64,000 bases of DNA from Octopus vulgaris. Lineage: Eukaryota. The position numbers and the translations under genes are program-made. Shown in pieces: positions 52,022-64,000 of this stretch. Each line of letters opens with the position of its first letter. Position 1 is the stretch's first letter. Under the pieces are notes generated by a model that did not search any database, was not told the DNA's origin, and saw only the letters and a program-made list of their open reading frames with translations. The stretch is taken from the NCBI GenBank assembly GCA_951406725.2, contig OX597822.1, positions 92,814,001 to 92,878,000 on the forward strand, read 5' to 3'.

Positions 52022-52414
52022 TGGACATTATCAAAGAAGCTTGAGAGGCGGTTGGATGGAACCTACACTCGTCTCCTTATGAGAGCTCAAAATCTCTCGT
52101 GGAAGTGTCATCCAACCAAAATGCAAATATATGGGAAACTACCACCTGTGTCATCTCTTGTGAAAAGTAGGAGAGTCCAGTTTGCTGGACATTGTTGTAG
52201 AGCTGAAAACGAGGCAATTTCTACTCTTCTCCTCTGGAAGCCATCTACTCGCAATACCAGAGGGCACACACTCTCCTACCCTGATGTAATCTCCAGGGAT
52301 ACAGGCATCCAGCAACAGGACCTCCGTAATGCTATGATGGACCGTGAAATCTGGCATAGCATGGTAAATTCCATTGTCTCGACCACGGTTGAACAATGGT
52401 GATGATGATGATAA
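52022..52414 (+). mobile_element. Young 5'-truncated RTE-group LINE inserted in a family A SINE
   Basis: Open frame WTLSKKLERRLDGTYTRLLMRAQNLSW..RRVQFAGHCCR..AMMDREIW; (GAT)n tail; 11-bp TSD TGTCATCTATA (52011-52021, 52415-52425). Confidence 0.9.
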
Positions 52415-55400
52415 TGTCATCTATAGCCCCAGGCTGAGGGAAGCCTTGCAGGTGGATTTGGTAGATAGAAGCAGAAAGAACCATGTGTATGCGTGTCCCC
52501 TTGTTGTGGAATCACATGATAGTTGTAAATGAGCATCATTGCCATACAAGTAGTGTTGTTCGGTTCCAATCCTCTGTGGAAAAACATATTTGGGCCATGG
52601 AAACGGGTGAAGTTGACAATGGAGAGCCATTCGGCTGCAGAAGAATCTGTCTCAATAAATTCCATTCGACCCATGCAAAACTGGACATTAGAACAAAGAT
52701 GATGATGATGATAATAAATGGTACCCAAAGAACAATCATTGTTTTAGTTATCCTCTCACTCTACCTATTGAGGATTATGCTATGTACACAATGTGGCAGA
52801 CATACTCATGGTCAAAAATTTGGAACATTTAGGAAAAAAATTAAAATTATCTCCAAGTACAATTCAATTTAAATATTACTTTAGGCATTTTATATAAAAA
52901 TTCTAATTTTCAGACTTACTTTCCAAACTTTTAGCCACAGCTGTATTGTTTTCTTCCTTCATTAACCAATCTGGTATTTTTATGTCTGTTTTTGTTGTTT
53001 AACCCTAGGTCAGTTTCTGACCAGGCAGACATATAATCAAGGTGTTTCAGCTGTCACAATTTCATTGTTTTTTTTGTTTTATCCCCCCCCCTTACTTTTC
53101 TCATGTTTTTGATTGTATTGTGACATTGGCGCAGGTGTGGCCATGGGGTAAGGAGTTTGCTTCCCTACCACATGGTGCTGGGTTCAGTCCCACTGCGTGA
53201 CACCTTGGGCAAGTGTCTTCCACTATAACCTTGGACTCAACAAAGCCTTGTGAGTGGATTGGATGTGGTAGACGGAAACTGAAAGAAGCTTGTCATACAC
53301 ACACATATATCATCATCATCATCATCAGCCTAACTGGCTCCTGTGCTGGTGGCACATAAAAAGTACCCACTACATACCTGTAAAGTGGCTGGCATCCAGC
53401 TGTAGAAACATTGCTAGATCAGAAGGGAGCCTGGTGCAGGCTTCAGTCAAACCGCCCAACGCATGCTAGCATGGAAAACGGATGTTAAATATATATATAT
53501 ATATATATATATGTTATTTTGAGGATATAAATCCCTCTTAAAAGGGATGTTAACATCCAAGTTTCTTATCATATGCTATATATATATATAGACTGACACC
53601 TCTGGGGATATGGTGTGATTGAGAAGACCCAGTAAGTAAAGTGAGATCACAGTTGTAGCCTATACCAGTGTCACATAAGAACCCTATTTAAAAAGTACCA
53701 TTGAATTGTTGGGCAACATGCTGTGCTTGAGGAGACCTATTGAGCCAAGTAAAATCAAAATTCCAATCACATTCAAATGGAAATTGTAGTTGACTGGCTC
53801 TTATGCTGGTGGCACTCAATAAACACAATTCATGCGTGGGTTGTTGCCAGTGCCGCCTGACTGGCTCCCTGTGCCAGTGGAATGTAAAGAGCACCATCTG
53901 AACATGCTTAAATGATGATGATGATTGTGTGTGTGTGTGTGTGACTCTTTATGTCTGTGTTTGTCCCAACCCTCCTCCTGTTTCATAACTGGTGTTGGCT
54001 TATGTACCTGTAACTTAACAGTTCAGCAGAAAAAAACTGATAAAATAAGTACCAGGCTTAATGAAAAAAATGTTATAGGGGTCGGCAGTACCCCAGCATG
54101 GCCACAGTCTAATGATTGAAACAAGTAAAAGATAAAACTGATCAGGTCAATGACTGATGAATTTGCTGGGGTGAACTATGTCTATTGCATGTCCTGATTG
54201 TCCAATAGTTTGATGGTGGTGGTGGTGGTGTCGCGTCATCCATGGTATTGGAGGGCGGATCAGAACGTAGAGGGAGATAACTCCATACCATTCCTATCTC
54301 TGCTATTGGTATCAATGGGATTTGAACCATTGACACACACTCAGTTGTGACTGAATACTGCTGCTGATACTACTACTACTACTACATATAATAGTCCTTT
54401 CTACTAAAGGCATAAGGCCTGAAATTTTGGTGGGGGAAAGATTACATCAACCCCAGTGTTTCACTGGTACTTAATTTATTGAACCTGAAAGGATGAAAGG
54501 CAAAGTTAACCTCGGCGGAATTTGAACCCGGAGCATAGTGATGGGTGAAATACCTCTAAGCATCTCGTCTAGTGCACTAACGTGTTTGCCAGCTTGTTTA
54601 CCTTAATTACTGGGTGTGGTAGTAACAATAATAATCTCAAATTTTAGCAGCACAAGCCCATCAGTTTTTGAAGGGAGTGGAAGTAGATTACATTGACCTC
54701 AGTACTTTACTGGTACTTAGTTAACCCCCCCCCCTGAAAAGATGAAAGACAAAAAATTGACCCCTGCAGCATTTGAACTCAGAATGGTTCTGCCTCCTCA
54801 ACAACTTAGTGATGATGATGATGATCATAATAATAATAACAATAAAGTAGATTTGGTAATCTCTTCCCTCCTCCTCCTCCTCCTCCTCACTGCAACATCA
54901 CCTCTCACTACCACTCTATTCACATGTCACATCCTGTCTATCTGTGTGTGTTTGTCAGCATTGCTGGTTAATTTTGGGCAGCCTTGTCTGCAATTTGTGA
55001 TGATAATTACAGGTTGGAGAGAGATCCAACATTGATGCTGCATGTCATCTTAACAGGATTACACTGTTGTTGTTGTTGTTGTTGTTATCACCGTTGCTAA
55101 TTGTAATCAGTGTTATCTTCATTGTAGCCATGATGATGATGATAATGATGATAGTTGCAATGGTAGAAATGATGATGATGATGGTCTTTATGGTTTGAAT
55201 ACCTTCCATACTGTTGTGGTTTCACTTCATTTCAGTTTCTTGTAAAAGCTTGTTAGCGAAAGCATGAACGTCACAAAATCTCTTTACTTTCTTTCTGTCT
55301 GTCTGTCTGTCTCCATCATCATTGTCATTACATTACTCACTATAATTATCATCACCACCATCACCGTAACATAACCTTAACCCATCACCACCATCATCAT

Positions 55401-56760
55401 AATCATCATTACAAACCCTTCCATTCATTTTCATCATTATCGTTATTGTCATCGTCGTCTGTGCTGCAGCTGGCCAGTTCAATAAGGTGGTGGGTCACTG
55501 ACCCAGAACAGCAGACGATGTTTGTATCCTCTCATCCTTGATGTCATTGTGTCCAAGGACAAGGCACTTAACTCCTGCTGGCTCACCCCACCTAGCTGTA
55601 AATGGGTTACATAAAGAACTGTTTAATTAAAAGATTATTGTTATCACTTGCAGTAGTGGTGGTCGTGGATAGCGACAGTAGTGATAGAAGTTAAAGGAGC
55701 TTCTTTAACCCTAAGTTAGTCCTGATCGAGCAGACCTGTGGTCAATAGTATTCACATCTTTTATCCAGGCATTCGAAATTCCGGACTGTTTTCCCGTATG
55801 TCCTTCCTTTATAAGTCTGTTGGGTGTGACTTTTAGGAAGATTTAGCTGCTATTTCTAACGAACCAAGTGACCATGTAGGGCTCTTCTGTTGGCCTCATG
55901 TGGTGTTTGGTGATGGTTTGGTGGTAGTGCTGGTGGTTGTTTAACCTCAGGTCTGTCCTGATCAAGCATACTTATGATAAAATGAATTCCAACCATGACC
56001 ATCCTGCCTTTTTTCCAACTCACAGAGAACCCAGAACCAAAACATTCAAGAAACAAATTTTTTTATCTCTAGAATAACATTTCTCCATGCGGTGTTTATA
56101 ATCTGATCAAGTGTCATGTGAGGATTTAGCTGCTGTTTCTAGTGGTAAAGTTAAGTGGTACAGCACGTGGCGACTCATGTTGATGGTGTTTGTGTTTCAA
56201 TTTTCCACACTTGATTTAAATTGTGTAAAGTTGTCGGTTTAGAGAATATGTTTGGGATTTGTGAGATTAAAGGATTTTGTGTTACATACTGGGTGTATGT
56301 GTGTACATGTGTATGTACATTTGTGCGTGTACATATGATAAAACATGATTGTATTTATCAGGAATACCACACACATGCATGTATGCACACATGCAAACAC
56401 ACACAGATACATTTATAAGTGTGTTAAATATTTTTTTTAAAGCTGAAATGATGCAAGGCAGTGCCCCAGCACAGCTTCAGTTCAATGAGTGCATTGAGTC
56501 AAAAATAAAAGGTGTGTGTGTGTGTGTGTGTGTGTGTTTATGTCACACCTTCCACCACTTGACAACTGGTGTTGGTTTGTTTATGTCCTATAACCCAGTA
56601 CTTCAGTTAAAAAGACCAGTAATATATGTATCAGACTTTAAAAGAATTAAAAAAAAAAAACCCCAAGTGTTAGGGTTGATCTGACTGACTAAAATCATTC
56701 AAGGCTGCGCCCCAGTATTTCTGGGGTCTAATGGTTGAAGCAAATAATAATAATAACAAC

Positions 56761-57131
56761 AAGAGCACTCAGAGAGCGCAAACCCCTTCCAAGGCAACAC
56801 CAACGTCCTCTCAACGATTAACCAGAGATGATTTTTAAAATGAGAATATCTGAAATAAACTCGACTGATTTCACAAACAAGAATACTAAAAATGAACCCG
56901 ACCTCTCTCTCTAAAATTTAGTAAAATAACTGGAAAAATAATCCAGAATCCTTCTCTGGTATCGAATCAATCTCAAAATCTAATCAGTTGGTGCCATTCA
57001 TGAGGCCAAACATCCCTGAAAGTTTCATCCGAATCTATCCATCGGTTCTTGCGATATCTTCTCCACAGACAAATAAACAAACAAACAAGCACAACTGAAA
57101 ACAATACCTCTGCCTTCGCAAAGGTGGAGGT
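56761..57131 (-). mobile_element. Non-autonomous Helentron-associated (HINE-like) element
   Basis: Inverted homologue of 3810-4152; minus strand starts TTATTACCTCCACCTTGCGAAGGCAGAGG and ends GCGCTCTCTGAGTGCTCTT. Confidence 0.7.
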
Positions 57132-57244
57132 AATAATAATAATAATGATTTCATTTATTTGCCACAAGGGCGTAGAATGAGGGGGACAATAAAAGACAAA
57201 CATAAAGTGTGTGTGTGTGTGGGGGGGGGTACTTTACATATATT

Positions 57245-57641
57245 CATTTACTCTTTTACTATTTTACTTGTTTCAGTCATTTGACTGCAGCCATGCTGGA
57301 GCACCGCCTTTAGTCGAGCAAATCTACCTGAGGACTTATTCTTTGTAAGCCTAGTACTTATTCTAGCGGTCTCTTTTGCCGAACCGCTAAGTTATGGGGA
57401 CGTAAACACACCAACATTGGTTGTCAAGCGATGTTGAGGGACAAACACAAACACACACACACACATATATACATATACATATATATGACGGGCTTCTTTT
57501 CAGTTTCCGTCTACCAAATCCAATCGTAAGGCTTTGGTCGGCCCAAGGCTATAGTAGAAGACACTTGCCCAAGGTGCTACACAGTGGGACTGAACCCGGA
57601 ACCATGTGGTTGGTAATCAAGCTACTTACCACACAGCCACT
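57245..57641 (-). mobile_element. tRNA-derived SINE, family A, close to consensus
   Basis: Reverse complement of family A with many CpGs retained. Confidence 0.88.
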
Positions 57642-58062
57642 AGAAACAATAAAAATAATACAAAAAGGATGGAAGAAAGAAAGTATACACGGTATAGACA
57701 GAAAAAGAAGGGACATATACATAGCATATAAAGTTTAAAAAAAAAAAGTGGTGGTGAGGACAATAGAGATGTGGCCCTCTTTATGCAGGAAGGCCTCTAG
57801 GGATAATTGAGGAACCAATAATAAAAATATTTAAAATTATTTCTTGTTCTCATTTGACTATCCCAGATCCATGTCTTCCACAGTTACTTCCCTTGTCTTT
57901 CTTTGCCTTAACCTAGAACTGCCATTACCATTTCATATCCATACCACACAGCTGTTTCTCCTGTATGCTTATGTATAGTCATCATCGTCATCATCATCAC
58001 CACCATAATTTTATACCCCTTTCTGTGCTGGTATGGGTTGGCAGAGTCATGTTTTTCTTTAA

Positions 58063-58282
58063 CCCTTTCGTTACCAACCCGGCTGAAACCGCCTCTGGCT
58101 CTGAGTACAAATGACTTGTTATCATAAGTTTTGAATTAAAATCTTCCACCAAACCTTAGTCACACTTTATGTTCCTAACACCAGCTTAATGATAACGAAG
58201 TTATTTTACAAAATTCTTTGTTATATCTAAAATAATTGAGAGAAAGACAGAGCATCCCAAAATAAATACAGTAACGAAAGGG
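58063..58282. mobile_element. piggyBac-type MITE
   Basis: TTAA|CCCTTTCGTTAC ... GTAACGAAAGGG|TTAA: perfect 12-bp TIRs and TTAA TSD. Confidence 0.92.
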
Positions 58283-59079
58283 TTAAGGTTACCACTCTCC
58301 TAGGCACAAATAGCAGTCCAAACCTCTCTTTTCTATTTTCATTTGATTATGATTCCTATGGCTGGATGCCCTTTCCTACACCAACCACTTCACAGAGTTT
58401 ATGGGCTGCATTTTTCATGGCACCTATGCTAAAGAGGTTCTCATGCCCTTGCCACGACAAGACTAAGGCTCCTGTCGATGGAATTGAGGCAATTATGTGC
58501 AACTGTTTCGACACTGATGATTTGGCTCAGCTGGCTGGATATTCAGCCTGAATTTGGCAAAAATACTCTTTGGTCACACACACACACACACATGTAGTAA
58601 TATACACATGCAGTTAGAAAGAGTAAGAAAATGGTAAACATTACAACATTTGATGACAAATAAGTCAGTGTTGATTCTGCAACATCAAAGAGATGGTATC
58701 AAAATGGCTGTACCAAAACATTTTATACCCTTAATATTCCATATACTTCGTAGTCAAGGTCTCTCCTCAGCTGTATTGGACTGGCTATATATAATTCCTT
58801 ATACTTGTTAGTAATATTATCTTCATTTACCTGTATTTTTTCTTCATTTAACAAGAAATATGTAGTGGAAATATGGTCACCTTGGAGTAATTCAACTAAA
58901 GTTGCATACAAAAATCTGCTGGAAGAGTTTTACTAAAGTCATAACATTTGAGAGATTGTAAGAGAAAAGATGAAAATTAGTCAAGTTCCTTTATTTTTTT
59001 GTATTGCATGTGTAGCTTGCCAGGAGCATGTGTTTATTTCTGTATTTACTTATGTATATTTCTATCTGAAACCCCTTAG

Positions 59080-59329
59080 GATGAACTTAACCTTCGTATC
59101 AAAGCCACCCGGCTCACTGCTGAGCAACTGCACAAGTCCGAAGCTGAGTTGATGAAAGCAGCTTTGGAGGAGAAAAAACAGAATGAATTGGCTGAACTTC
59201 GTGATATTTTAGCACGGTACCACAATGAGGAAACTGACCGGCGTGAGGGAGAGTGGTCATCTCATTTAGAGAGGCTCCGTCAACAGTACGACTATCAGCT
59301 GGCAATTGGTCAAGAACCTGCTCCAAAAG
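59080..59329 (+). CDS. Exon of host coiled-coil protein (DELNLRIKATRLTAEQLHKSEAELMKAALEEKKQNELAELR...QEPAPK)
   Basis: ccttag|GAT acceptor, AAAG|gtttgt donor; 250 nt, phase 0/1; open E/L/K/R-rich frame. Confidence 0.88.
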
Positions 59330-60633
59330 GTTTGTCCACTTTACTGCTTCTTCATCTGTGCATAAGTTGTAGCTTTGTGTAAACATTTTTTTTCTTTTTA
59401 ACAAAACTCAATATATTGCCAGTGTGGCTCAATTCATCATAAACATAATGAAAATAGATATTGGCTGCTGGTAGGGACACAGTATTTTGTTTATCAAAAT
59501 CAAATACTTTGTCCCTACCAGCAATTAATATGCCTGTACCAGTTGCCAGGAATGTGTTTCATATGTAAAATTGGCTTATCCAATAGTTGTTGCCGTTGTC
59601 GGTGTTTTATCATGTGTCTGATAATTTATTTGGCTTTTTCTGACCACTTCTTCCCCTCTGTCCATGTTTATGCCTCTGATGACTAAAGAGGCCAATTGTG
59701 TATGGAAATGTCTAATACAAAGTTCACAAGGGTTCCTTGATGGAGGAGGCTTGAGTTATTGCAGCCTCCATTTTCTTTCTTATCATTTCTCTTCTTTCCT
59801 CTGTCGTTCAGCTTCAAAATGATTTGTCACAGTGGAGATGGAATGATGCCAGCTGGGCCTGTCTTGAGTTTCAATGTCCCAGGCTTTATATGGTGAACTT
59901 TCCACCGGAAGAAGACTTTGTGGCTGTTATCCAATAGTGTTACACTGCTAAACTTAGTGGCTGTTTAAGAAACATGTTTATGGATAGTTAATGGGTTGGA
60001 TGTAGTGCTGAAGAGGGAGCAATAATTCCTGAAATATGCGTATACACCACTACCTATTTTTCTATCTTTGATCACATTGTCTCCATAGATGTATTTGTAT
60101 ACGAAACATCATAACTTCCAGTGCTGGCTCTAGTTTTTATCAAAAATCTGAAGTGATAAACTTAAAAGTAATGAACATCATCGTAGGTGCAGATGTGGCA
60201 GTGGGGTTTTGGGTTCAGTGCAATGCAGTGGGACTTGCCTTTATAGTAGCCTCTGGTCACCCAAAATCTTGTGAATAGATTTTGTTGGTGAAAACTGGAA
60301 AAAATCCCATTGAATACACACACACACACACTGTTTGTGTGTTTTGTGTATCCTCGTCTTGACATCAAGTAATAGCTGTAAATGAATGTCACTGTCATAC
60401 AAGCAGGGTCATTCATTTCTAATACTCAGTGAGCCCATGCCTGGCCATGAGGAAATATTAGCCTGCTGGGAAACTGGTGAGGGTTGGCAGCAAGGAGGGC
60501 ATCTGGCATAGAGAATCTGCCTTAAAAATTTCTGTCTGACCTTTGCAAACATGGGAAACTGGACATTAAAATGATGATGCGAATGAAGAATTTGGAAAGA
60601 TTTGGTTAAATAAGTGCAACTGAGATAAAACGG

Positions 60634-61060
60634 GTCATCATCATCATCGTTTAATGTCCGCTTTTCATGATGGCATGGCTTGGATGGTTCGACAAGGGTC
60701 TGGAAAGCCAGGAGGCTGCACCAGGCTCTAATCTGATCTGGCAATGTTTCTACAGCTGGATGCCCTTGCTAATGCTAACCACTCTGAGAGTGTAGTGGGT
60801 GCTTTTTACATGCCACTGGTATGGGAGCCAGTTGGGCGGCACTGTCATCAACCATACTTGAATGGTGCTTTTACGTGCTACCGGTGCAGGAACCAGACAG
60901 GGTGGGGAGGCTGGCATCGACCACGTTCAGATGTTGCATTTTACATGCCACCGGCATGGGGAGCCAGCCAGGTGGCACTGGCAATGACCCACGCATGCAT
61001 GGTGCTTATTGCATGCCACCAGCACCGGAGGCAATCAGGCAGCACTGGCATCAGCCACAA
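60634..61060 (-). mobile_element. RTE 3'UTR copy with several internal ~60-bp repeats
   Basis: (CAT)n CGTTTAATGTCCGCTTTTCATG..., repeated GGTGCTTTTACATGCCAC. Confidence 0.8.
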
Positions 61061-61655
61061 CCCCTGAAGGCAGTGCCCCAGCATGGTCATAGTCCAGTGA
61101 CCATGCTGGGGTCTGACCTACAAGGGTTTAGTTTATCATTTTGACTGCAGTATTCATTTCAGTTTTGTTCTATTTTATTGGTTGTTGTTTGATGACCTGC
61201 CACGTTACAAAGCAAGAACACAAACACATTCTAGATGCATGTTCGGCCCCCACTGTGTGATATTTTGGGCATCTTTTGCCTTGTACTGACCAAAGCGTTT
61301 TGTATGGATTTGAGAGATGGAAACTGAAAGAAGCCTGTGTGTCTCTGGTTGTCAAGCAGTGGTAGTGGAGAAACAAAGACACAGTGTTGGCGTGTTTATC
61401 TCTTTGTAACTTAGCAGTTCAGTGAAAGAGACTGATAAAATAAGTACGAGACTTGAAAAGAAATGTACAGGAGTCAATTTATTCAACTAAAAATTCTTGA
61501 AGGTCATGCCCCAGTATGGCCACAGCCTAATGACTGAAACAAGAAAAAGAATAAAAGAAAGAATAATACTTTTTATTTACATTCTCACTTTTTCTTTATC
61601 CTTTTGTATATTTCTTGCTTTTGTTGAGTATCCTCCATCTCTGTTCTTTCCACAG

Positions 61656-61738
61656 GTGCTGTGGGAACCCTGGAGGGTGCAACCCTTGTAACAGAACTCA
61701 CCAAACGCTTGAATGATGAACACAAGAAGTTGATAGAG
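61656..61738 (+). CDS. Exon of host coiled-coil protein (GAVGTLEGATLVTELTKRLNDEHKKLIE)
   Basis: tctttccacag|GT acceptor, GAG|gtaaaa donor; 83 nt, phase 1/0, completes the split Gly codon of the previous exon. Not shown in this frame in the ORF track. Confidence 0.85.
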
Positions 61739-61888
61739 GTAAAAACCAAATGCAAAACGCGCATTCACAAAAAAACACCATGTCCTTTTGTTTTTTCTTT
61801 GTGTTTTTGACATGTTTTCATTTTACTTTGTGTTTGTGTTTAGGTAGGGATGGGTTGAAGCAATCACTGCTAACAAACTTTATTAATT

Positions 61889-63150
61889 AAGGCGCCGAGC
61901 TGGCAGAATCGCTAGTACACCAGGCAAGATGCATAATGGCATTTTGTCCAACTTCACGAACTGAGTTCAAATTCCACTAATATCTACTGCCTATCAACTT
62001 TTTAGGGTGAATGAAATAATTACCTGTTGATCACTGGTGTAGATGTCCCCAACTAGCCCCTTCCTCCCAAAATATCAGGCCTTGTCCCTATTTTAGATAT
62101 GATTATTATTATCATTAATGTGAGCTGGCAGAATTGTTAGCATGCTGGATGAAATGCTGAGCGCTTTTTTGCCTGTTACTACATCCTGAGTTCAAATTCC
62201 ACCAAGGTCAACTTTGTTTTCCTCTTTCGGGGTTGATAAAATAAGTATCAGTTGAACACTGGGGTCAGTGTAGTCGATTCACCCCTACCTCCTCTTGTGG
62301 CAAAAATTGGAAATAATTATTATAATTAAGGCAGTGAACTGGCAGAATCGTTAGCACACGAGGCAAAATGCTTGGTGGCATTTTGGCGTTTTGGTATATC
62401 TTTTATATGTTGAATTCAAATTCCGCTGAGGTTGACTTTGTTTTTCATCCTTTCGGAGTCAATAAAACAAGTATCCGTTGAGCACTTACCCCCTCCCTCG
62501 AAATTGCTGGCCTTGTGCCAAAATCTGAAACCATAATTTTTTATTATTGAATGAGAGAGCAGCGCATGCCATCAAAGTGATGCTGGGGTACAAATATACG
62601 AAGCCCAGTATACCCATCATGACTACCCATCTGATAAGTGTACAACAGGTGCATGCATCACAACCGCCCGAAATTGCTGGCCTTGTGCCAAAATTTGAAG
62701 CCATTATTATTAAGTGGTGGGCTGGCAGAAGTGTTTGTCTTAGACAAAATACCTTGCAACATTTCATCTGGTTTTACAAACCTGAGTTCAAATGCTGCTG
62801 AGGTCAACATAGCCTTTCATTCTGTCAGGGTCAATAAAGTAGGTACCAATTAAATACTGGGGTTAATGTTATCAACTAGGCCCCCCCCCATTTCAGGCCT
62901 CGTGCTTATATTAGAAAGGATTATTTTTATTATAAAGGAAGTGAGCTTGCAGAATCATTCATGTGCTGGGCAAAATGTTTCCTGACATCATTTCTATCAG
63001 GTTGATTTTTGCCTGAAGTTGATTTTTGCCTGAAGTTGATTTTTGCCTTTCCCCTTTTTGGGGGTCAGTGAAATAAGTGCCACTTAAACACAGGGGTTGA
63101 TGTAATTGATTAAACCCCTTTCCACTACATGTGCCTAGAGTAGAAAGAAA
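61889..63150 (+). mobile_element. Head-to-tail array of about five MetaSINE-like (family B) copies
   Basis: GAGCTGGCAGAAT-like heads near 61897, 62123, 62336, 62720 and 62943, each preceded by (ATT)n. Confidence 0.8.
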
Positions 63151-63169
63151 TTATTATTGTTCTAATCTT

Positions 63170-63708
63170 ACAGTTCTATATTTAAGAAATGAGGAATTAT
63201 GTACATTATTTATATTATTTACATTTGACAGATATTTGTCCTCATCTTGTTTGTTGTTAACACAACATTTCAGCTGATATACCTTCCAGCCTTCATCAGG
63301 TGTCTTGGGGAAATTTCGAATCTGGGTTCTCTTTCCTAAGGTATTTTTCGATATTATTATTATTATTGTTATTCAGGTCACTGCCTGGAATCAAACTCAG
63401 AATCTTGGGGTTAGTAGCCTGCACTCTTAATCACTATGCCATATGCCTGTGGCATATCTATACATTGGATTACAGAAGCATATGGCGTAGTGGTTAAGAG
63501 CGCGGGCTACTAACCCCAAGATTCTGAGTTCAATACCAGGCAGTGACCTGAATAATGATAATAATATAGAAAAATACCTAAGGAATGAGAACTCAGGTTT
63601 AAAATTTCCTCCAAGACACCTGATGAAGGCTGGAGGGTATATCAGCCGAAATGTTATGTTAACATCAAACAAGATGAGGACAAATATCCGTCAAATGTAA
63701 ATAATGTA
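63170..63708. mobile_element. Palindromic tRNA-head + hammerhead element, copy 2 (both arms complete)
   Basis: Left arm to about 63450 mirrors right arm 63478-63708. TSD TTCTAATCTT (63160-63169, 63709-63718). A-box TGGCGTAGTGG, B-box-like GAGTTCAATACC. Confidence 0.92.
63615..63660 (+). ncRNA. Minimal type I hammerhead ribozyme (mirror copy on - strand at about 63259-63305)
   Basis: GACAC-CTGATGA-A-GGCTGG-AGGGTATA-TCAGCC-GAAA-TGTT-ATGTT; the left arm retains GTGTT, giving a full stem I. Confidence 0.8.
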
Positions 63709-64000
63709 TTCTAATCTTTATTATTATTTTATGTTTATGGAATAACTTTAACCTATATATGCCCCATAAAAAATTTCACTGTATTTCGATTAAATGTTAT
63801 GGTAAGCTTTCACAGTCTGGAAGAGAAGGACAGATTGCAACTGTTTGCTACGGGTGTTGACTTCCTACCCAAGCATTTCGTAAACCCAGTCAGATGCTTC
63901 CTGGCGAGTTCATGTCCAAACAAGCAGGAGACACAAAGGGGTGTATATGGGTTAAGCCTTCAGATTAAAACTAAAAATGATTTTCTAACCCCTGGTTCCC

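Noticed and set aside
58723-58911. ORF with weak resemblance to an RLE-type retroelement C-terminus (NKYKELY)
   Set aside because: Too degenerate to support without a profile search.
59670-59715. CTGATGA...GAAA hammerhead-like spacing (also 27205-27225 on the minus strand)
   Set aside because: I could not form convincing stems I and II around the core.
63478-63550. Functional tRNA gene with ACT anticodon
   Set aside because: Acceptor stem pairs poorly, there is no long variable arm, and it lies in a TSD-flanked repeat; treated as a tRNA-derived head.
63816-64000. Possible further host exon after tttcacag (LEEKDRLQLF...)
   Set aside because: The phase-0 frame required by the previous exon hits TGA after 14 codons; the open frame is out of phase and the acceptor is weak.

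Overview
AT-rich, microsatellite-dense animal genomic DNA. The repeat families suggest an octopus or other coleoid cephalopod, but this is an inference. Most of the window looks like intron of a + strand gene for a long coiled-coil protein: four phase-compatible exons (35324-35491, 46260-46379, 59080-59329, 61656-61738) and a candidate 24-nt GC-donor microexon (16701-16724). The rest is transposon-derived: three tRNA-headed SINE families (one MetaSINE-like, in tandem arrays), RTE, CR1-like and R4/RLE-type LINE remnants, hAT, piggyBac and Tc1/mariner MITEs, non-autonomous Helitron and Helentron elements, and a near-intact Naiad-type Penelope-like element (RT + GIY-YIG) with a hammerhead ribozyme in its 3' end. 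The most unusual signal is a ~0.5 kb palindromic mobile element in two copies (14815-15285 and 63170-63708), each with its own 10-bp target-site duplication. It is built from two head-to-head units of a tRNA-like Pol III head followed by a minimal hammerhead. A diverged hammerhead foldback (10684-10980) and other foldbacks of Penelope-like ends are also present. Nearly all ORFs in the supplied track are microsatellite or SINE artefacts. All alignments and folds were done by eye, and repeat boundaries without TSDs are approximate.
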